Of a stretch of DNA of 64,000 nucleotides, positions 1 through 13,846 are shown piece after piece; position 1 is the stretch's first letter; each line of letters starts with the position of its first letter. The translations under genes were made by a program, and so were the position numbers. Source of the stretch: Macrostomum lignano (lineage: Eukaryota). The stretch lies in NCBI GenBank assembly GCA_002269645.1, contig NIVC01001405.1:62001-126000 (forward strand), read 5' to 3'. Below the pieces are notes generated by a model, which had not been told where the DNA came from, did not search any database, and worked only from the letters and a program-made list of their open reading frames with translations.

Positions 1-697
1 GTGTCGGCTCAATCAAATGATGCCCTCCCCCAGCAGAGTCATATTCAAGTGGCCCAGACAGGGTCGGATCGGCCATTTCTCTGATTACAAAATGAAACAG
101 AGTGGATTTTTCGTTGGAAAAAAGGCAGAAAACAGGCATCAGGGAATACAGTCTGGTGGGTAAGCTGTCACAGGGGGCTGGCCCAGTAAGTGCATTCGGC
201 CTTCTGATTGGGCTCAGCCAGCCATGGAAATTGGCTGCCAGTGGCGCATAGAAGTTCTTTCTATTGCTCAGTGCACTTTAAAGTAGAGATTGGTCGGCAA
301 ATGTTATTATACCGAGGCTTGCGTCTAGCCGTGCTCATGCGGTAGAGGCACTGGACCTTCTTCGCCATCGAGAGGCAACCCGCATTTGCTTGCGCTTCTG
401 ACCTTCTTTGCTAACTTTCTAACTGACTGTTTTAACTCAACTCTCAACTTTCAAGGAGTCGCAACAATTTCAGCTACTTTTAGTTTTTTGTGAATGCTTG
501 AAAGCAAAAAATAGAAGCAATAATCATTGACGTCAAAGCTTCTCGTCTAGTGTTCTTGTTCAAGTTTGTTTCAACAAAACGTTTGTTTCAAGAATCGTTT
601 GTTCTGCGAGCGGATATGTTAAACACATCGATTTAGAATCAGGGAAACAACTTGCGCCACGCTGCACAGACATAGGCAGGGTGAGGAATGGAGAAGG

Positions 698-1101
<404 letters not shown>

Positions 1102-3600
1102 CTTTTGGACTGGGCAGCATACGCTAAGCACGAGCTGCCAAAAAAAGAACATAATATATAATAAAGTAATGGTAATTTATTGCTTCCACTCGTGGCTGAT
1201 AGTTGGGACTGCAATTCATGTCCCCAGCAGCTATAATGGCAGTTACTATAAGTCCCTTACCGGAACCTCTGTGGCAAACTTGAGTTCCAATGCCAGGCAG
1301 AATGAGAAAGCTGCTATTGTGTTGAAAAGTATTAAATTGGAGTTTAAATATTGACAGGAAGAGGTGGCATTATTAGCATCGGAAATTTACCGCTAATGCT
1401 TGAGAAGCAGCTACCTTTTTGGCACTGAAGAGGGTACACTCAGCAACCAAGATCCCCGCTGCGAAACGGAGCCTCATTAAGTGAAACTGCCACCCCTCCG
1501 AGACGTGGACTTTTTTCCTCAGTAAACTCTCTCAGGTGAATTATTTTGTACATTTAAATTCTGTGAAAGCGGCTGCATAAGAGAGATGAGAAAGGGCAAA
1601 AGAGGCCAGGAGGGCTGCAACTGCGTCTCAAGTAGGTCTTATACCGCTTCTTAACTTTTTTGGGGGAATCCACTCACTTTTGCGCGTCACTGCCTGAGAC
1701 TTCTGACGGAACCCCGTCTATTACCGGCCGGTTCTCTAAAGAGTTGTTCGGCCGCTGCGGGTTGGCGGAAGGCAGCCCCGTGCAAGCACGAGCGTGTATA
1801 CAGTTTCCCTTCACTTCTTTCTCGCAGCCAGTCACTTCAGTTGCAGCTGACGATCAGGCCAGCAAGGGGTGGAGATGAAAGGCAGTACAGGTCTTGAGGC
1901 GGAGAAGAGTGCGCTTGAGAAGGATGAGGAGTCAGTGAGGTGAAGCGAGTAGGATGAGGAGTGAGGTAGGGCGGAACTTTTGTAAGCTGGGAGTGCCACG
2001 GAAGCAGACAATGGCGGAGTCGACGTACTCGCGAATAAAACGGCCTTAGCTTTTTGTGACTACCGGCTACACAGGTGCAAGCCAAGCAAATTAGAAATCA
2101 ATAACAGAACCGATTAGTTTGACAGACCTGATCAAAACTGAATGGAAAGAAGGCACTGGAACTCGCATGCTACAGACTGGCGTGATAGAGTCGCCTGGAT
2201 TGCCTCAGGTTTACTGAATCCAAGAGTTAGTTGGAAGGGCCGAGCACTGGGTTCCTCACATATCCGTATGTTGCACTTTCCTCCACCCATGATTCGAACA
2301 AACAGGAAACAAGATTCTCAATCGGGATCTCAAATTAAAGTTTCCGATACCCCGAAGCCTGGCGAGAGGAAGAGAAATCTGCCGATCGATTTGGCTGCGA
2401 CTTGCTCAGGCGTGGCAAAAATGTCTGGATGAACAAAGGCAACAGCAATATGACAGAGCTGTTATCGATCCCTGTATGCATACAAAATTTGACGATTAGT
2501 CAATATCTTGATTTACTTTCGTTTCGGCGCAAGTGTCTCAATGTCTAACCTGTTTTAATGAAAACAGGTGCTGTTGCACTTTAGTGATGCACGAGTGGCG
2601 CTCGAATTACAGGTTCTGTGCCGCAAATGTGAGCATTTCTGTCCGGTTTGGAGCGGTCCAGGGGCTTTTAAATGATGAAGTGGAAATGATGGGCGGGGAA
2701 AGAAAAATTAATCTCGTATTCGCCACGTTGTCACCTGTGATGAAGAGAGGGAGCGAATGGGAACAGTCGATGGCTTGCGACAGAGGCAGGAGAAACTGAA
2801 GCAGATATGGAAGTTCTCAGGTGAGGCAAAAATGGATACAAAGGATCAATTATCTCGTATGATAGGGTGCCTGGAACAGCTCAGGACTTCAACCCAAGAA
2901 GATGCACTATTATCCTCATGAAAGCGAATTTTGATTCTGACTGAGCTTGTAAAACAGGTGCGAATCGGCATCATGAGAACTGTTTGAGAAACCAATTTTA
3001 GCTATCGTAACTCTCGAATGTGTGACAATAAGCCAAGGGTTTATGCACAGTAGAATGTACATGCAAACACTCAATGTGCCTTAGCGTTGGCCTGTCATTG
3101 AGAACCCGGAGACTTGAGAAACGCGAGAGTCGGGGTGTTAAGAGTCTAATCGTGGTATACTTGACGTAAAAATCACGGGAAAAGTCCAAGTACTATCCAA
3201 AAGCAATTATCCGGAAGCTGATTTCAAGGACTGCTGCTTTCCTGACCCCTGAAGAGACTGGGCCCTCAGTCTTGCGATCCCAGCTTTGGCACCATTCGAG
3301 AGCTCTCCGGTGAGCCGGCGGAAGGATGTCGAGCCCAACGCCTACTCACTGCCCGTGAGAAGTCGAGAGCGAAGCCAGAAAGAGGAAAAACAAAATAGGA
3401 GAGAGAATTGGAGAAGCAGAGATAAGCGAAGGCCTTAGGCCCGTATGTTTGTGGATGCATCAGCTGAAATTTAATACCAGAGCGGAAAGTACAGGCTTAC
3501 AGACCTACGGAGCGGTATTTTAGATATTATTTTACTTGGGAAGAATCTGAAAGTGCAGGCACGCTTACCCTTATTTGATTGGATTTTTTGCCAGTATTTG

Positions 3601-3843
3601 CTGTCACAACATTGCACGCTCGGAGTGGATGTTTGAATATGTTGTCACAACTTTGCACGCTCGGAGTGGATGTTTGAATATGCTGTCACAACATTGCACG
3701 CTCGGAGTGGATGTTTGAATATGCTGTCACAACATTGCACGCTCGGAGTGGATGTTTGAATATGCTGTCACAACATTGAACGCTCGGAGTGGATGTTTGA
3801 ATATGCTGTCACAACATTGCACGCTCGGAGTGGATGTTTGAAT
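3601..3843. repeat. 41-bp minisatellite, about 6 copies
   Basis: Unit CTGTCACAACATTGCACGCTCGGAGTGGATGTTTGAATATG repeated in tandem. Confidence 0.97.
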
Positions 3844-5156
3844 AGTTAAACAAAATTCATGTGCTTTTTTGAGTTTACTGAAATTAGAAGTTTTCCTTAG
3901 AAATGACAAACTTTCAGCCAGTTTTAAAATAGGAAAATCAGGACTAAAAAAGCAGCCAGACACGGCGATATCCAGTCTTTATGTCCGTGAAGTACGAAGG
4001 GGGAGCATAGTAGATGGTTGTGTGAACAAAAAACACCACAAAGTAGGGAGAGGCGTGGGGAAACTCCCTAGAAAGAAAGTTCTCCATCACGCATCTACGA
4101 TTTCATTCCCAGGTAGAGAAGGCGGGCAAGGCTGCGAGAACTGCTACCCTTCATGCTGCTTTCTGTCACAGCATGCAGATGCGTTGCGTCTTATGAATTG
4201 TGTCTCAGTATGCATCGATCCCTCTTCACTTGCCCGCGTGAGGTTTTGTTATCGCGCAGTCTTGAATCCTTAGCCTTCCAGAGGCCTGTACTGGGCCAGC
4301 CGCCCAGGTGAAAGACAATGGAAGCTTCCCTGCTGACAGGTGTAGCGCCAGACCGTCACCCTAATGCGTGGGGGGTGGGGTTGAAATTCTATCCAGTCCA
4401 CTTTTTCCTGCAAAGGCTTGCGAATCCCAACAACTGATCCACACGGGTACAGAAGAACTTTTAATGTGCTTCTCAGTAAAACATGTCTGGAGCTACCGTC
4501 GGAAGTAACACTTCGAAAGGGCTAGAAATTCGGCGTGTTAAGACGCAAATCCAAAAGCCAGACCGATAAATTTCATTTGTTCCTCGTAGAATGCAAACCG
4601 ATCAGGAAAATTAACGAGCACCGCTATTAAAAAATCCCGGAAACAGGCCGCTTAAGAGGCGATGGCGATTATGGGAACACGATTTCAAGTGCTAAAGGAT
4701 TAATAATACAGTTGGCAGTAGGTAATGCGTCACACAATAAAACATTGCTTAATGCGAGCTAGCATACAAAGTGACCATGTGAAATCTCTTACTGATTAGC
4801 CTCGGCTTAAAATTTAATTATCATGGTCACTCAAGCAAAAAATTTAAGTATAGGGTGTGGCACGAAAAATAAGATCACAGTGAGTTCTATTACTTTTAAG
4901 GATATATTTCCAAAACCCATTAGAGCAGACTTAATAGGAGAGTAGGGGGAGGCTGCAGCAAGCACCAAGGAGGCGTAAGCAACAACGATTAAAAGGACTA
5001 TGAAAGATACTATATTATTGAAAAAAATTCCATTATGATAAAATGAACAAACAAATACCTTGACAACTCATTAAACTTATCACTATATTGATTTGCATCC
5101 AATCAGAAATCTTCAGAGCCGAAAGCAATCAACAAAAGTATCAAGTTGTTCGCAGC

Positions 5157-6801
5157 TCATCCAGAAGCGGTCTGCTGGATCCAGCTGGTGTACATCTGCA
5201 CTCGAGTGTACACTCCCGGTCGCTGGGGCTTGGCGCAGCCCTCGCCCCAGCTCGTGATGCCCTGCAGGTACCAGACTCCGCCGGACTTGCACACGAGCGG
5301 CCCGCCGGAGTCGCCCTGGCACGCGTCCTTGCCGCCCTGCTCGTAGCCGGCGCACACCATGTAGCTGGTGATGGCGCCTCCGTAATGCGACGCGTCGCCG
5401 CAGATCGAGTTGGGTACGATCGGCACCATCACCTGCAGCAGCCTGGTGTTGTCCCCAGTGCCCTGCGTGCTGCCCCAGCCTGTGGCGAAACAGCTGGCCA
5501 TGTTCGACACCGGCGAGCTCGGCAGGCACACCGGAGACACCTGCGAGTTGAACTGGAACGGCCGGTCCACCCGCATCATGGCCAGGTCCTGGTTAGTCCG
5601 GCTCGAGTCGTAGTTCGGATATCGAACTACCTGCGTCACCTTGCGTCTCTGCAGCGTCGCCTCAGTGCAGTCCCGGCAGTGTCGTCCCGCGTCAACGCCC
5701 CACATCGACGGCGACATGTAGTTCTCGACGCAGTGCGCGGCCGTGATGATCCAGTTAGCGTTGTAGATGCTGCCGCCGCAGAAGTGGCCGCCGAAGAGAC
5801 GCAGCGACACCATCCAGGGCCAGCTGTTCTTGACAGCCTCCTTGCCGCCCACGATGCGAGTTTCGTCTGGCGGGATGGCTGGCGTGCCACAGCCCGAAGG
5901 TGCTGCAAGAGCAAAGTAAATTGCATTGAGTTACTGGTCTGGCGTAATTCAAGTGCAAGAAAGCTGCTATTCGAGTACCGGAAAATCTGTGAGTTGAAAA
6001 GACCTTAAAAGACGTTAACTTACGTGTCCCGCCTCCTGTGCTTCCCCCCGTACTTCCACCGGTGCTGCCTCCAGTGCCTCCACCAGTATTGCCACCGGTA
6101 TTGCCACCGCCGCTGCAGCTTGTCTCATCGCTGCCATCACCACAGTCGCGAAAGCCATCGCACCACCAGCCAGAAAAAATGCATTTGGAGTTATCCTTGC
6201 AGGCAACCTGGCCACTTGGACAGGTAAGCGTGCTCGTGCAGAATTGTTCGTCCGATCCGTCCTTGCAGTCTTTGATTCCGTCGCACTTCCACTTGGATGG
6301 GTAGCAGCCGTTGCCACTGTTGCAGGCCAAGTAGCCATTGGGACAAGCGATTCGCTTCTGGTACTCGTCTTTGGAAACGAACCGGTACCGCAGCTGGAAG
6401 CCGCCTTTCTCCAGGTAAGCATCGCTAGAGAACACAAGAGCCACAAACGAGCTCTGCGTGAGCACCGACCAGTCTAGGGATCCGCAGAATCGGCCCAGCA
6501 CAGGACTCGAATCGTTTCCGCCCGAATAGACAGTCAGGGAATCGCCCGTACACTCGGAAGTGTACTCGAGGTCAAAACTCACCGATGTGATCTCGATGCG
6601 GTAGTCGGGGCTCCAGGCGCGGATGATGTACCGGCAGACAGAATTCGGCTGGTAGGACTTCCGGCCGTAGAGCCGGTGCGACGCTATCACGGTCTGGTCG
6701 GTCTCGTACAGCAGGTTGACGCCGCAGTTAAGTTCGTCGGCAATTGCGAAATTCAATGTCGCCAGTCCTAGAAGCAATGGCAGCAGTTTAGGCAGCCGCA
6801 T
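5157..6801 (-). CDS. Secreted modular trypsin-like serine protease, copy A (signal peptide-CUB-LDLa-LDLa-Gly-rich linker-S1A protease), about 507 aa
   Basis: Exons 6801-6024 and 5902-5157, phase-1 intron gtaagt...ttgcag. Activation site R|IVGG. Triad motifs TAAHC, DLAMM and GDSGGP. Asp189 (KDACQG) indicates trypsin specificity. LDLa motifs CDGIKDCxDGSDE and CDGFRDCxDGSDE. Confidence 0.95.
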
Positions 6802-8280
6802 GGCTACTTTGATAGTACCTATTAGTACCTATAGCAAGGTAAGAAGGCTTGACAACTTGAAATTGTAGCCTTATCTTGAGCTGAGGCTCTGCAAGCAGCC
6901 GATTGTCGCATACTTATACTGCAGTTTAATTGATGTACAATTAGTAAATTGCTCACAAGTGTACAAGCTGCCTGCAATTAAATTTATTTAACGTGCCTAT
7001 CCAGTCACCGACTGAAACTGAGCGGTGACTCAACCAACATTATAATTACTGTATTGACCGTCAATTCAAGACCATTTTTATTACACGCCTTGCAAATTCT
7101 GTCAACAAGTATTTGCACGTCTCAAGCTATGGTTATGAGGGTAAACCCTCTCTGAACCTTGGTTCAGAAAATTGGAAAACTATGCTTTGGAAAACTATGG
7201 AAAACTTTTACAATACGCTCATTTTGAAAAAAAAACTGTTTTAAAATTACGGGCTAATATGGAAAGGAAACTTATAAAAGATCTTCCTCAGGCCAGGCTT
7301 GGTGTCCTGAGTAACAATATCCTGATTAACAATCGTACCTACCTACCTCAGAGCTGTCTTATACTGCGCCCGGCTGCTAATTTATGCGCAATCTTTGCAT
7401 CAGAAAATTTTTTAATTCAGGGCTAGAAAGATTCTCGGACAGAGGTTTGGCGTGACATTGAGCTGAATAGCTAATCCCCAACTCCCTGAGAACTCTCATT
7501 TGCATGGGTAAGCAGGTTTTGAAATACATGTAATTCTGCCGCTATTCTAAATTCCAAAGGGGTCACTTCAAGAAAAACAAAACGGATAAATGAATAGGAA
7601 TGATACTATCTTGGGGAAAATCTGTGAAAAAGATTAACGTTATTGTAAAGGAGTTCTATAGTTCTATGGTTATAAAGCCGCAGATCACCATTTTGAGTAA
7701 GCAAAAATCACATGGCATGGATATGCAAGTGTCATATGAGAACTCTATTGCAGATGGTAGCCCTGCTGGCGTGACCCTTTGACCCGAGGTAGACAGTAAC
7801 CATTTTTAGAAACATCTGTTTAGGATTGATTTTAATTTTCCATTATTAATAGCACGCAGCAACTGCACAGTTTAAACAAGAAATACACCGAAACCTTTGT
7901 ATATGATCCGAGGAAACAGATGGCAGGGCCATAAACACTCCAAAAGGATTCCAGCTATCAAGACAAATAGTTCAGACTCAGTGAGTTCTGCAAAGCATTC
8001 TTTTTGCAGAATTTCCATCACTGATAACCGATTGCTCTGCACGAGTGACGGATAATGAAGCTGAGCTCGTACCTTGATTTTCTGCATCGCTTGCTTCTCA
8101 TCCGGATTATTGCAGCCTCAGCAAAATCTCCCGGCACTGCAGTGAGGCCGTTTTCTGTGTTTCTGCTGTTGAAAGCAATCCAGGTCGATTCAGGACAGAG
8201 TCTCTGAGTTGTTCTAAGAATTCAATCTACGCGACATCATTGTATTTCTCTTTCCATTCTGTCTTAGTGTCTGCCTGCCT

Positions 8281-8510
<230 letters not shown>

Positions 8511-8514
8511 GTTA

Positions 8515-11500
8515 CTGTCTGTGTGTTTACTTGGACCTTTCGTCGGTTCAGTTGCCGCATTAGCTGGACCTTTCGGTTTAGGTGGACAGCGTAGGTGGAC
8601 CACCGAATATTTTTGCTCCAGACAACGTTGAGTGGTTTATAAGGACCACAAAACAGAGCAATGGATGTCAGGAATGAGTGCCGCAAAGCGCAACATTCAT
8701 CGGCATTCATGCTCAGAAAAAAATGCATTTCAGTTTACATGGACTTTTTGCGATGTCCACCTAAACCGGGTCTGAAAGGTCCAGCTAAACAAAAATTGTC
8801 AATGAAAATTTCTGAATTTGTCTGTTGCAGTCTGTTTCAGTCTGTTTCAGTCTGTTTCAGTCTGTTGGCAATTTACCTTTTTACAACATCTTTTACGCCA
8901 AAAAAGTAATCTATTTAATTTCCGTGATCTTAAATTAGGCACACACGGCTTTGTTGAGCTTTCTTCAAAGCCTTCCCACGGTTTTGTGCCCGAAAAATAT
9001 TCGAATGACGGTTCCTTTATCACGTTAGCTGCTGATAGTAGTTTAAATGGATATTGTATCCTATAGGCCTATCGACTTTCCTTCTTTTAGATTCCTTTTG
9101 ATATTTGATATTTATAAAAGTGTCGAACCACAATAAGAAATAAGCCTGGTGGAGAGTTTCGGCTTTGAGGAGAAGGTTCTGCTCTCAGATCCCTGTTTAG
9201 GGGTGGGGAAGCACCAAACCAAGCTCAAAGCGAAGGTCTGATATTTTTTATTTTAGTTTAGCCTGGGTCCCACTAAACACAGTTGCACGCACATCAAATC
9301 GTCTGTTGAGGTCCATGTAAACGAAACTCAAAGCGCACAGCACATTCACACAGACTAGTGCTGCATTGGTTAAGGACTGATTTCGGAGAGGTTGGTAAAA
9401 ATCGGACCACCCCTACTGGGAATGCCAGCCAATAGGAGCAGTCCAAGGACAGACAGTCCGTCGACTAAACGAGTCAGAGAGGGGCAGAGCTATAAAAGTG
9501 AAAACCTTTGGTCTAGCTAAAACAGGCTTACATGGACCACCTAATTTCTCGGATAGACTGAAACATTCAACTGAACTGTCAATAGTCAATACACGAGAAG
9601 ACACGAATGTCTCGCAGGAGATATCCCAATAACACACAGAGTCCCGGAGAGGTGCAACAGTAACAGATGTTACATCAAGTGGACTGGATACCTAAGGTAA
9701 GCATAAAATGAAAAGATTCAATTTAAAAGATTGACTTCCTCGCGTTCTAATTCTCTAGTAAAACCAAGCCTTTGGATTACTACGTAGCTAATAAAAACAA
9801 CACACGACTTTTAGATCTAACAATACTTGGGAGCCAGTAAAAAATGTTTTCGACGACGTTTTTGAAAAATTGCATTGAAATTGCAGTAAGTACCAAAACG
9901 AAGTGTTATTTAGGATGAAAAAATAATAAACTTTTGTAAAGAGCCTCAATAAGAACCTACTCAATCGAAATTTCAGAAATATGTTTTCCTGCCAGACCAA
10001 AAAGCAAAATCTACCAGGTAAGCAAATCGGTGCACATACAACTTAAGCTGGTCCAGCTAACCTACAGAATGCACTGACGCAACTGAGCCAGTCTGTTGAA
10101 GAGCCTCACAGATAGGAGGTGGAATTCAAGTTTAGGTGGTCCAGCTAACCTACAGACTGTACTGACGCAACTGAGCCAGTCTGTTGAAGAGCCTCACAGA
10201 TAGGAGGTGGAATTCAAGTTTAGGTGGTCCAGCTAACCTACAGAATGTACTGACGCAACTGAGCCAGTCTGTTGAAGAGCCTCACAGATAGGAGGTGAAA
10301 TTCAAGTTTAGGTGGTCCAGCTAACCTACAGACTGTACTGACGCAACTGAGCCAGTCTGTTGAAGAGCCTCACAGATAGGAGGTGGAATTCAAGTTTAGG
10401 TGGTCCAGCTAACCTACAGACTGTACTGACGGAACTGATCCCGTCTGTTTTAGAGCCTCACAGGTGGGAGGTGGAATTCAAGTTTAGGAGGTCCAGCTAA
10501 CCTACAGACTGTACTGACACCAATATGCCAGTCTGTTTCAAAGTCTCAGTAGAATATCAGTTGTAAACTGTCAATCCTTAATTCTCGTATAAATGCCAAA
10601 TTTGACAGGCCCAGTCTGGAGACGGCAAGTCAGCTTTGATGCAGACGAGTGACGCAAGCTACTCCGGCAAAATGAAGACGATTTTTTTGTGCTCAACCGC
10701 AAAAGTTTGTTTATGATGATATTGACTGCGACAGCTTGTGGCTTTCTGTGAGATGATTCCGCTATCCGTCGTAACATGTCTTGTCCGTCCGTTAAAACTT
10801 TTTTCATTTTTCAAAAATTGAGTGGAAAGTTGTTCTATTGCAATACGTGAAATTTATTAGGCAAATGTATTTAATGTATTATTAATTACATTATTACATT
10901 ATTACATTATTAATATAATTAATGTATTAATTATATCGTCGTCAATCTACTTGCCTTTTGGCACATATTTGGGACGTTAAGTGTGTTTCTTTAGGTTTAT
11001 CATTATTCTAGTGAAAAACAAATATGACTTTTTGCTATTTAAACTTTTGCTTGGCCGTTAATTTGCACTTGTAACTATTTTTCTCGGCCTAAAAATTAGT
11101 TGCATTTGATTCATTAGTTTTTAATGGGGATGATGGTTCTTGAGTCCGGAGCAAACTAGAACTGAATGCATTATTTGCACTTAATTACATATTTTGTATT
11201 TGGGACTTCTGTCACGTGACTTTTAGTGTTGTTTCTCGTGCTTTAACAGTACTGGGTCGATAATAATCGCAGTACTCTGCTAAATAAATGATGGTCCACC
11301 TAAACGGTGTCTTTTTGAAGGTCCACCTAAAACAGGTCCGGGCTGGTCCAGCTATCCCAGTTGAAAGTGACATGCAGTTTCCACGAGATGGCTAATCTGC
11401 AGGCTAAACTGAAAGACAACCCACGCTAACTTTTCCTGTAGAGACAGAAGACACCGGTTTTATAAGGAAACTAGGTGGTCCACCTAATGCATTAACAAAA

Positions 11501-11527
11501 CTCTGGTCCCGCTAAACACACAGACAG
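8515..11527. mobile_element. Putative non-autonomous DNA transposon (~3 kb) with terminal inverted repeats, inserted in (CTGT)n
   Basis: Perfect 15-bp TIR CTGTCTGTGTGTTTA (8515) / TAAACACACAGACAG (ends 11527), extending imperfectly to about 60 bp (..GGACC..GCATTAG(C/G)TGGACC). Subterminal GGTCCA(C/G)CTA motifs are clustered at both ends in inverted orientation. No transposase ORF and no clear TSD. Confidence 0.65.
10050..10540. repeat. 88-bp tandem repeat, about 5.5 copies, inside the TIR element
   Basis: GGTCCAGCTAACC starts at 10050, 10138, 10226, 10314, 10402 and 10490; units are nearly identical throughout. Confidence 0.97.
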
Positions 11528-11532
11528 CGGTA

Positions 11533-11533
11533 T

Positions 11534-11605
<72 letters not shown>

Positions 11606-11608
11606 TAG

Positions 11609-11660
<52 letters not shown>

Positions 11661-11681
11661 CGTCCCTCCGTCCGCCCACCC

Positions 11682-11711
<30 letters not shown>
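11533..11711. repeat. (CTGT)n/(CCGT)n microsatellite, right flank of the TIR element
   Basis: Tetranucleotide run in the same orientation as 8281-8510. Confidence 0.98.
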
Positions 11712-11712
<1 letters not shown>

Positions 11713-12071
11713 AAATCCTTGCCTGCAGCAATCATTCCGGCATTGACTTTGGAAGTCGAAGCCGGAAGACGTAAATTTCGGAATCGCATTGATCTCGACA
11801 ATGGAGTGGAGCTGTGTGTTTCGGCCGGGAACATTTGGAGGTTAAGGAAATGCTCACGTAAGGAAAACCTTCTCACCATGATTGCATCACTGCGAAAAAA
11901 TAGCACCTGCAATTTTTAATTGTGAGAGAAATAATTAAAATCCAGAAAATTCTACCTGACCTGCAAGTAATTAGCTGATAATTACCCAAGCCGCTAAGAA
12001 TATTTAAATGCGGTTCTGAACGGGTGAATTCTTAATAAGTCTTTTGAATTTCCAAACACAAGTTAAGCACA

Positions 12072-13681
12072 ATGAGTTTAGTTTTTGTGCTGGCACTGTG
12101 TCCAGCCCTGCTGTCTGCAGCCGCTGCCCAAGAAGTGGCGGCTACTGCCAGCGAAAAGAACTGTGGCGTCGATATTCTGTACCAGACGAACCAAGGAGTC
12201 ATCGCCTCCCACCGCCTGTTCGGCCGCACTCCATACGACGCGGACTCGACTTGCCGCTACTTCATCCGCGCCGACGGCCCGAGCTACCACATCGAGGTGA
12301 TTTCAGTCTCATTCGACCTCGAGTACACATCGGAGTGTTCGAGCGACTCTCTGATTGTGTACGACGGCTGGAATGACTCCAGCTCCGTCCTTGACCGCTT
12401 CTGCGGCGGCGGCTCCTGGTCGGTTTTGTCGCAGTCCTCGTCGATACTGCTGGTATTCAAAAGTGATTCCTACCTGCAGAAGTCCGGCTTCCAGCTGCGC
12501 TACCGATTCGTGTCAAACGACGAGTACCGCACCAGAGTGCCCTGCCCAAGTGGCTATATTTCCTGCCGATTTGGAGGATTTTGCTACCCTTCAAAGTGGA
12601 AGTGCGACGGCATCAAAGACTGTCCAGACGGCTCCGATGAGAAGTATTGCTCGATTACGCTGAACTGCCCGATAAACCAGCGACCCTGCAAGGACAACTC
12701 CAAATGCATCTTCAACCAGTGGTGGTGCGATGGCTTCAGAGACTGCTCAGATGGCAGTGATGAGGTTTGTGGAGGCCAGACGACAACAACTGCCAGGCCA
12801 CCGGTGACTACAACCACAGTGTCGCCCATCACCACAACGAAGCCGCCATGTAAGAATAAAACACATCAAAAAGTTTTTTTAGAGCTTCTATTCTTTAATT
12901 ATTAGATTAAAATTTTGTTTAAAATTTCTTTCCAGCACCGTCAGGCTGTGGCAGGCCCGCCATCCCGCCAGACGAAACTCGCATCGTGGGCGGCAAGGAG
13001 GCTGTCAAGAACAGCTGGCCCTGGATGGTGTCGCTGCGTCTCTTCGGCGGCCACTTCTGCGGCGGCAGCATCTACAACGCTAACTGGATCATCACGGCCG
13101 CGCACTGCGTCGAGAACTACATGTCGCCGTCGATGTGGGGCGTTGACGCGGGACGACACTGCCGGGACTGCACTGAGGCGACGCTGCAGAGACGCAAGGT
13201 GACGCAGGTAGTTCGATATCCGAACTACGACTCGAGCCGGACTAACCAGGACCTGGCCATGATGCGGGTGGACCGACCGTTCCAGTTCAACTCGCAGGTG
13301 TCTCCGGTGTGCCTGCCGAGCTCGCCGGTGTCGAACATGGCCAGCTGTTTCGCCACAGGCTGGGGCAGCACGCAGGGCACTGGGGACAACACCAGGCTGC
13401 TGCAGGTGATGGTGCCGATCGTACCCAACTCGATCTGCGGCGACGCGTCGCATTACGGAGGCGCCATCACCAGCTACATGGTGTGCGCCGGCTACGAGCA
13501 GGGCGGCAAGGACGCGTGCCAGGGCGACTCCGGCGGGCCGCTCGTGTGCAAGTCCGGCAGAGTCTGGTACCTGCAGGGCATCACGAGCTGGGGCGAGGGC
13601 TGCGCCAAGCCCCAGCGACCGGGAGTGTACACTCGAGTGCAGATGTACACCAGCTGGATCCAGCAGACCGCTTCTGGATGA
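12072..13681 (+). CDS. Secreted modular trypsin-like serine protease, copy B (signal peptide-CUB-LDLa-LDLa-Thr/Pro linker-S1A protease), about 507 aa
   Basis: Exons 12072-12849 and 12936-13681, phase-1 intron gtaaga...ttccag. Same domains and catalytic motifs as copy A. Confidence 0.95.
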
Positions 13682-13846
13682 CTACATGCCTATGTCTAAT
13701 ACATGACAGAATTCTGCAGTTGCGATTAAGTTTTACATTTTTAGGTTATGGATTTATTCAGTAAACCCTACAATTGTTTTAATAGAAAATTACAGCTTAT
13801 TCCGCTGTGACGGCTATCGCACTACTTTCTAAAAAGTTTATATAAT

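Noticed and set aside
1360-3500. Moderate-GC region with short ORFs that may be an old repeat
   Set aside because: No termini, motifs or second copy in the window to support a call.
5088-6008. 306-aa plus-strand ORF and other antisense or shifted ORFs over the GC-rich genes (also at 12941, 33071, 40560, 45648, 58374 and 60658)
   Set aside because: Shadow frames of real CDSs caused by high GC3.
10050-10540. CRISPR-like array
   Set aside because: The units are near-identical over their full 88 bp, with no unique spacers and no cas genes, in a eukaryotic context.
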